A stretch of DNA of 63,635 nt, filler included, from Collodictyon triciliatum (lineage: Eukaryota): assembly GCA_043381765.1 (NCBI GenBank). It is 5 parts of 5 records of this genome, joined end to end, with 100 filler letters (N's around TTAATTAATTAA, not from the genome) between each part and the next. Parts side by side here need not be neighbours in the genome. Positions count along the whole stretch, not along the records: positions 46,872 to 58,540 come from JBHJMP010001805.1; positions 58,641 to 63,635 come from JBHJMP010001928.1; 3 more parts are not named here. The stretch is one strand, 5' to 3'. Of this stretch, positions 55,277 through 63,635 are shown one piece after another; the stretch's first letter is position 1; each line of letters starts with the position of its first letter. The position numbers were made by a program, and so were the translations under genes. The notes beneath the pieces are model-generated. The model had not been told where the DNA came from, did no database searches, and was given only the letters and a program-made list of their open reading frames with translations.

Positions 55277-58019
55277 TTAAGAAAACTCTACTTTCGTCCG
55301 AACCAGAAGCATATCTGTGCTTATGTGGCACGCCGCGTAGAGGATATACATATAATTTTCCCAAGTGCTGATGAATACTTTCCAACTTCCCATGATGGAC
55401 ACCCGAAAGCGGTACCTGCACGCAGAGTTCCATAAATTACAATAATTATTCTTTTTTTTTAATAATACAGAGTGAGCCGAATAGATTAAGTCTGAGCAAG
55501 AAAACAAACGCGATGTATGGATTATAAGAGGTAAAAAAAAAAAAAAAAGCTATGTGATTCTGAATGGAAACTGAGATGCTACACAGTCTATTCATATACA
55601 ATTTCGTGCGCAGTACTTAAACAGAAAAAAAAACAATGTCACCTGTAAATGAACTCGAGAAGAAGAACGACTACCGTCTCCCCGAGAATCGACCAATACA
55701 CATACTCTAAGTCTCTACCTCTCTTATCGTCCAGACTGACGTTGCGAAACAAGTGCCCAAACGGAAGATGCCTGATAACCACCTCGATGAGGAGGAGATT
55801 AAATATTCCATTGAAGAACCCGGTGATGCGCAAAGTGTATTCCACACAAGTTGATGAAAGGTAGGTTTTGTACTCCTCCTTTGTGTATTACATCGTAATG
55901 CTGAGTACAATTCGTCATTATATATTACATGAGCTATATGGTTTGGGTATTCACTATAATGGAGTTCATAACCTCTATTAAAAAAAGGACTGGGGAATGA
56001 ACTAACGGTTGGCTTAAACCTTGAAATGGGTTCGTATCACAAAGAGAGGGAAAACAACCACAAATGACTGCATTTTCTTACTTCCTCTGTTCTGTCAGTT
56101 GGGTGTGAAGAGCTGATAAAGAATCGTTCGATTCTCAGCTGCAGTTTATGATAATATGGAAGTGCCAATATATAATACGTCCCGATCTCAAAAATCGCAG
56201 CTTGGAACTGATTTATAATTACGAAGTATTGATAGAGATTAGCAACAACTAGGTAAGTACGGAGACAGATGAGAGGAGAGATAAATAAAGATAACAAAGA
56301 TACCAAAAAAATATAGATAGGAAAAACCTGTATGATAAGAAATGATTCGACATTGTCCACTGCGTCGAACAAAGCGCGGTAGAATATGAAAAAGAACATG
56401 TGTATCATAAATACGAGACATTGGCTCATGCTGCATCGATTCAACCCTTTATCATAGCGGTAAGCCAGGAATCGAATAAGCCAGCGAGCGAAGAAAAATC
56501 CAAGCTGAAACATGAAGCTGACCACGAACTTCATTTTTTTTTTTTTGTGTGTGTTTTAGAGAGAAGGAAAATAATCTATAGCAACGAAGGACTCAAGTAG
56601 CGTGCTAAGAAATTTTACAGCCTTATATGTAACTATGTGCGATGAAAATTTGTGTATTATTGATGTAAAATGTAACAGTTCACCTGCTCTCTATTCGTTT
56701 TCACGGACGAGAATACAATAAGGGCGTTCTGGCAGAAGAAATAAACCCCAAATGAATAGACACTCATCAACGATACGTGCCAGAATTGTCTAATATGATG
56801 TATTGTGCTGAGCATTGTGCTATGAATTGTTTGAGATTGTGGTCGTTTTCAAGTTGAATATGACTTGTGAACCTTTGAAACCGTTTTTTAGCGCTAATCT
56901 TTGATTGATCAGGAAGCCTATTCACAGAATCCGAATACATATCCGAGACAGAAAGCAGCCAAGCACGGTTTGATTGAGAACCTGCTGCAAGAACAAGTTC
57001 TAACTTCTTTTATAAAAAATGGTTGTCAAAAAGAATTGCAAATAAATATTTATCTCATAAAATCAACATTAACAAATCGGCAAAATCGTATCATATAAGA
57101 AAGAAAAGGATTATTAATGAAATTAAAAGATGGACGAATAGATAAGATATTCAATAACTCACTTCATCTGGCCCGTAGACAAATGAGAGATAGTATACGA
57201 AACAAACAAAGAAAATAACAAGTCCTGCTATGGTGGTTAAGAAAGGGTACTCTGAGAGCGTTGTTGGGCCAGCAGAAAACAAAATCCCAGTGTTTAAGAT
57301 AAATCCCGATGTAAATAAAATTTTCCTATGATATGGTAATGCAATTCTCTTTTTTAATAGATGCCAACACAAAATCAACGAGTGATATAATACTAATACT
57401 ACTAATAATACCAATAATACTAATAATAATACTAATAATAATACTAATAATAATACTAATAATAATACTAATAATAATACTAATAATAATACTAATAATA
57501 ATACTAATAATAATACTAATAATAATACTAATAATAATACTAATAATAATACTAATAATAATACTAATAATAATACTAATAATAATACTAAGAATAATAC
57601 TAAGAATAATACTAAGAATAATACTAAGAATAATACTAATAAGAATAATACTAATAATAATACTAATAAGAATAATACTAATAATAATACTAATAAGAAT
57701 AATACTAATAAGAATAATACTAATAAGAATAATACTAATAAGAATAATACTAATAAGAATACTAATAAGAATAATACTAATAATACTAATAATAATAGCA
57801 GTGGGATATTAGTAGGGTCCAAATAAAGCGAATGAAAAAATACCAAGCAGATACCGGACATGTTTCTTGAGGCATGGCGTACCAGTACTGAGCCAAGTTC
57901 AACGGGAACGATATTGCGTAATATAGCGAATGAAAGAAGAATACGTATACATAGAAGTTAAGGGGATCGCCTTCTTCGTCCACACCCCCTCCATCCTGGG
58001 TTTTTAGTGTTTCTGCCAT
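55277..58019 (-). CDS. Multipass membrane protein of unknown family
   Basis: Exon chain from ATG 58019 (MAETLKTQ...) with many hydrophobic segments (FYVYVFFFHSLYYAISF, LVIFFVCFVYYL, CLVFMIHMFFFIFYRALF, VVVLLLEFIY); stop 55277-55279. Confidence 0.6.
57388..57797 (+). repeat. (TAATAATAATAC)n compound AT-rich microsatellite, intronic
   Basis: 12-mer array with TAAGAA variants. Confidence 0.9.
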
Positions 58020-58477
58020 AGAGTGCGCTGCGTCTTGTTGGGTGTGCGTCTTGCTGCTTCGCGAATCAAACGACCCGGTTAAAGGACACGCGAAGAAAAT
58101 CACTGTGGAAATCGCGGGCAGCACAAAAACAGAGACTGTGCGGAGCAGTGTGCTTCTGTCCCATTCAGGAGCGCGCAGACTTGCAGCCGGAAACAAATCC
58201 TCCGGGCCAGCAGCGAGTGCAGCCGCGCTGCTCGCAGAACCGCGACTTGCAATCATCTTAACTTGCTTGTGCTTATTATCGTTGTTGTCATTATTATCGT
58301 TGTTGCTTTTGCCACTACTGTCTTATTCGACTCTGGATATCTGGCATCACCTCGTTGTGGCTCCGCAGAGCAAAGTTGTGACAGGAAGAGCATACGGGCC
58401 AACAGTTGAGTGTGGGTGATGATCTTTGTCTGTATGGATGCTTCTTTTCCATATACTTTTTTTTTTTTTTTTTTTTA

Positions 58478-58519
<42 letters not shown>

Positions 58520-58540
58520 TTTTTTCATTTTTTTTTTTTT

Positions 58541-58640
58541 NNNNNNNNNNNNNNNNNNNNNNNNNNNNNNNNNNNNNNNNNNNNTTAATTAATTAANNNN
58601 NNNNNNNNNNNNNNNNNNNNNNNNNNNNNNNNNNNNNNNN
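58541..58640. other. 100-nt scaffold linker
   Basis: N-TTAATTAATTAA-N. Confidence 0.95.
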
Positions 58641-58739
58641 AAAAAGAGAGAATAAAAAAAGAGAGAATAAAAAAAGAGAGAATAAAAAAAGAGAGAATAA
58701 AAAAAGAGAGAATAAAAAAAGAGAGAATAAAAAAAGAGA
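58641..58739 (+). repeat. (AAAAAAGAGAGAATA)n 15-mer tandem repeat
   Basis: About 6 copies after the linker. Confidence 0.9.
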
Positions 58740-58784
58740 CTGAAGAAACGATACTGAAAAGATCTGCAAACGGCGCACGAAGAA

Positions 58785-63471
<4,687 letters not shown>

Positions 63472-63483
63472 TACATCTTTTTG

Positions 63484-63570
<87 letters not shown>

Positions 63571-63574
63571 TTTT

Positions 63575-63635
<61 letters not shown>
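63484..63635 (+). repeat. (ATT)n followed by (GTT)n microsatellites
   Basis: Arrays at the window end. Confidence 0.95.

Overview
Intron-dense, AT-rich eukaryotic nuclear DNA from a draft assembly. It contains one ~900-N gap and four 100-nt N-TTAATTAATTAA-N linkers, so up to five or six contigs may be joined here. I spliced exons by hand and found about 13 protein-coding genes: a DUF547 protein, an OTU-like protein, an LRR/zinc-finger/chromodomain protein, enoyl-CoA hydratase 2-SCP2, a multi RA/PH protein, a tandem cNMP-binding protein, a PHO80-type cyclin, ferrochelatase, TTC8/BBS8, a CRIB-STE20 kinase, Cdc14, a multipass membrane protein and SPAG17/PF6. There is also a decayed non-LTR retroelement fragment and many intronic microsatellites. 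Gene content implies a flagellated aerobic protist with peroxisomes (inference). The most notable signals are: (1) three ultra-short copies of one poly(A)-tailed element (core CTTTGAATCGAATAAAGGA), each flanked by its own 11-15 nt target-site duplication; (2) a clear U12-type AT-AC intron in TTC8; (3) very relaxed donor sites with at least five GC-AG introns; (4) unusual domain architectures (LRR-UBZ-chromodomain, RA-PH repeats, pseudo-OTU). All gene models are manual and unverified by transcripts.
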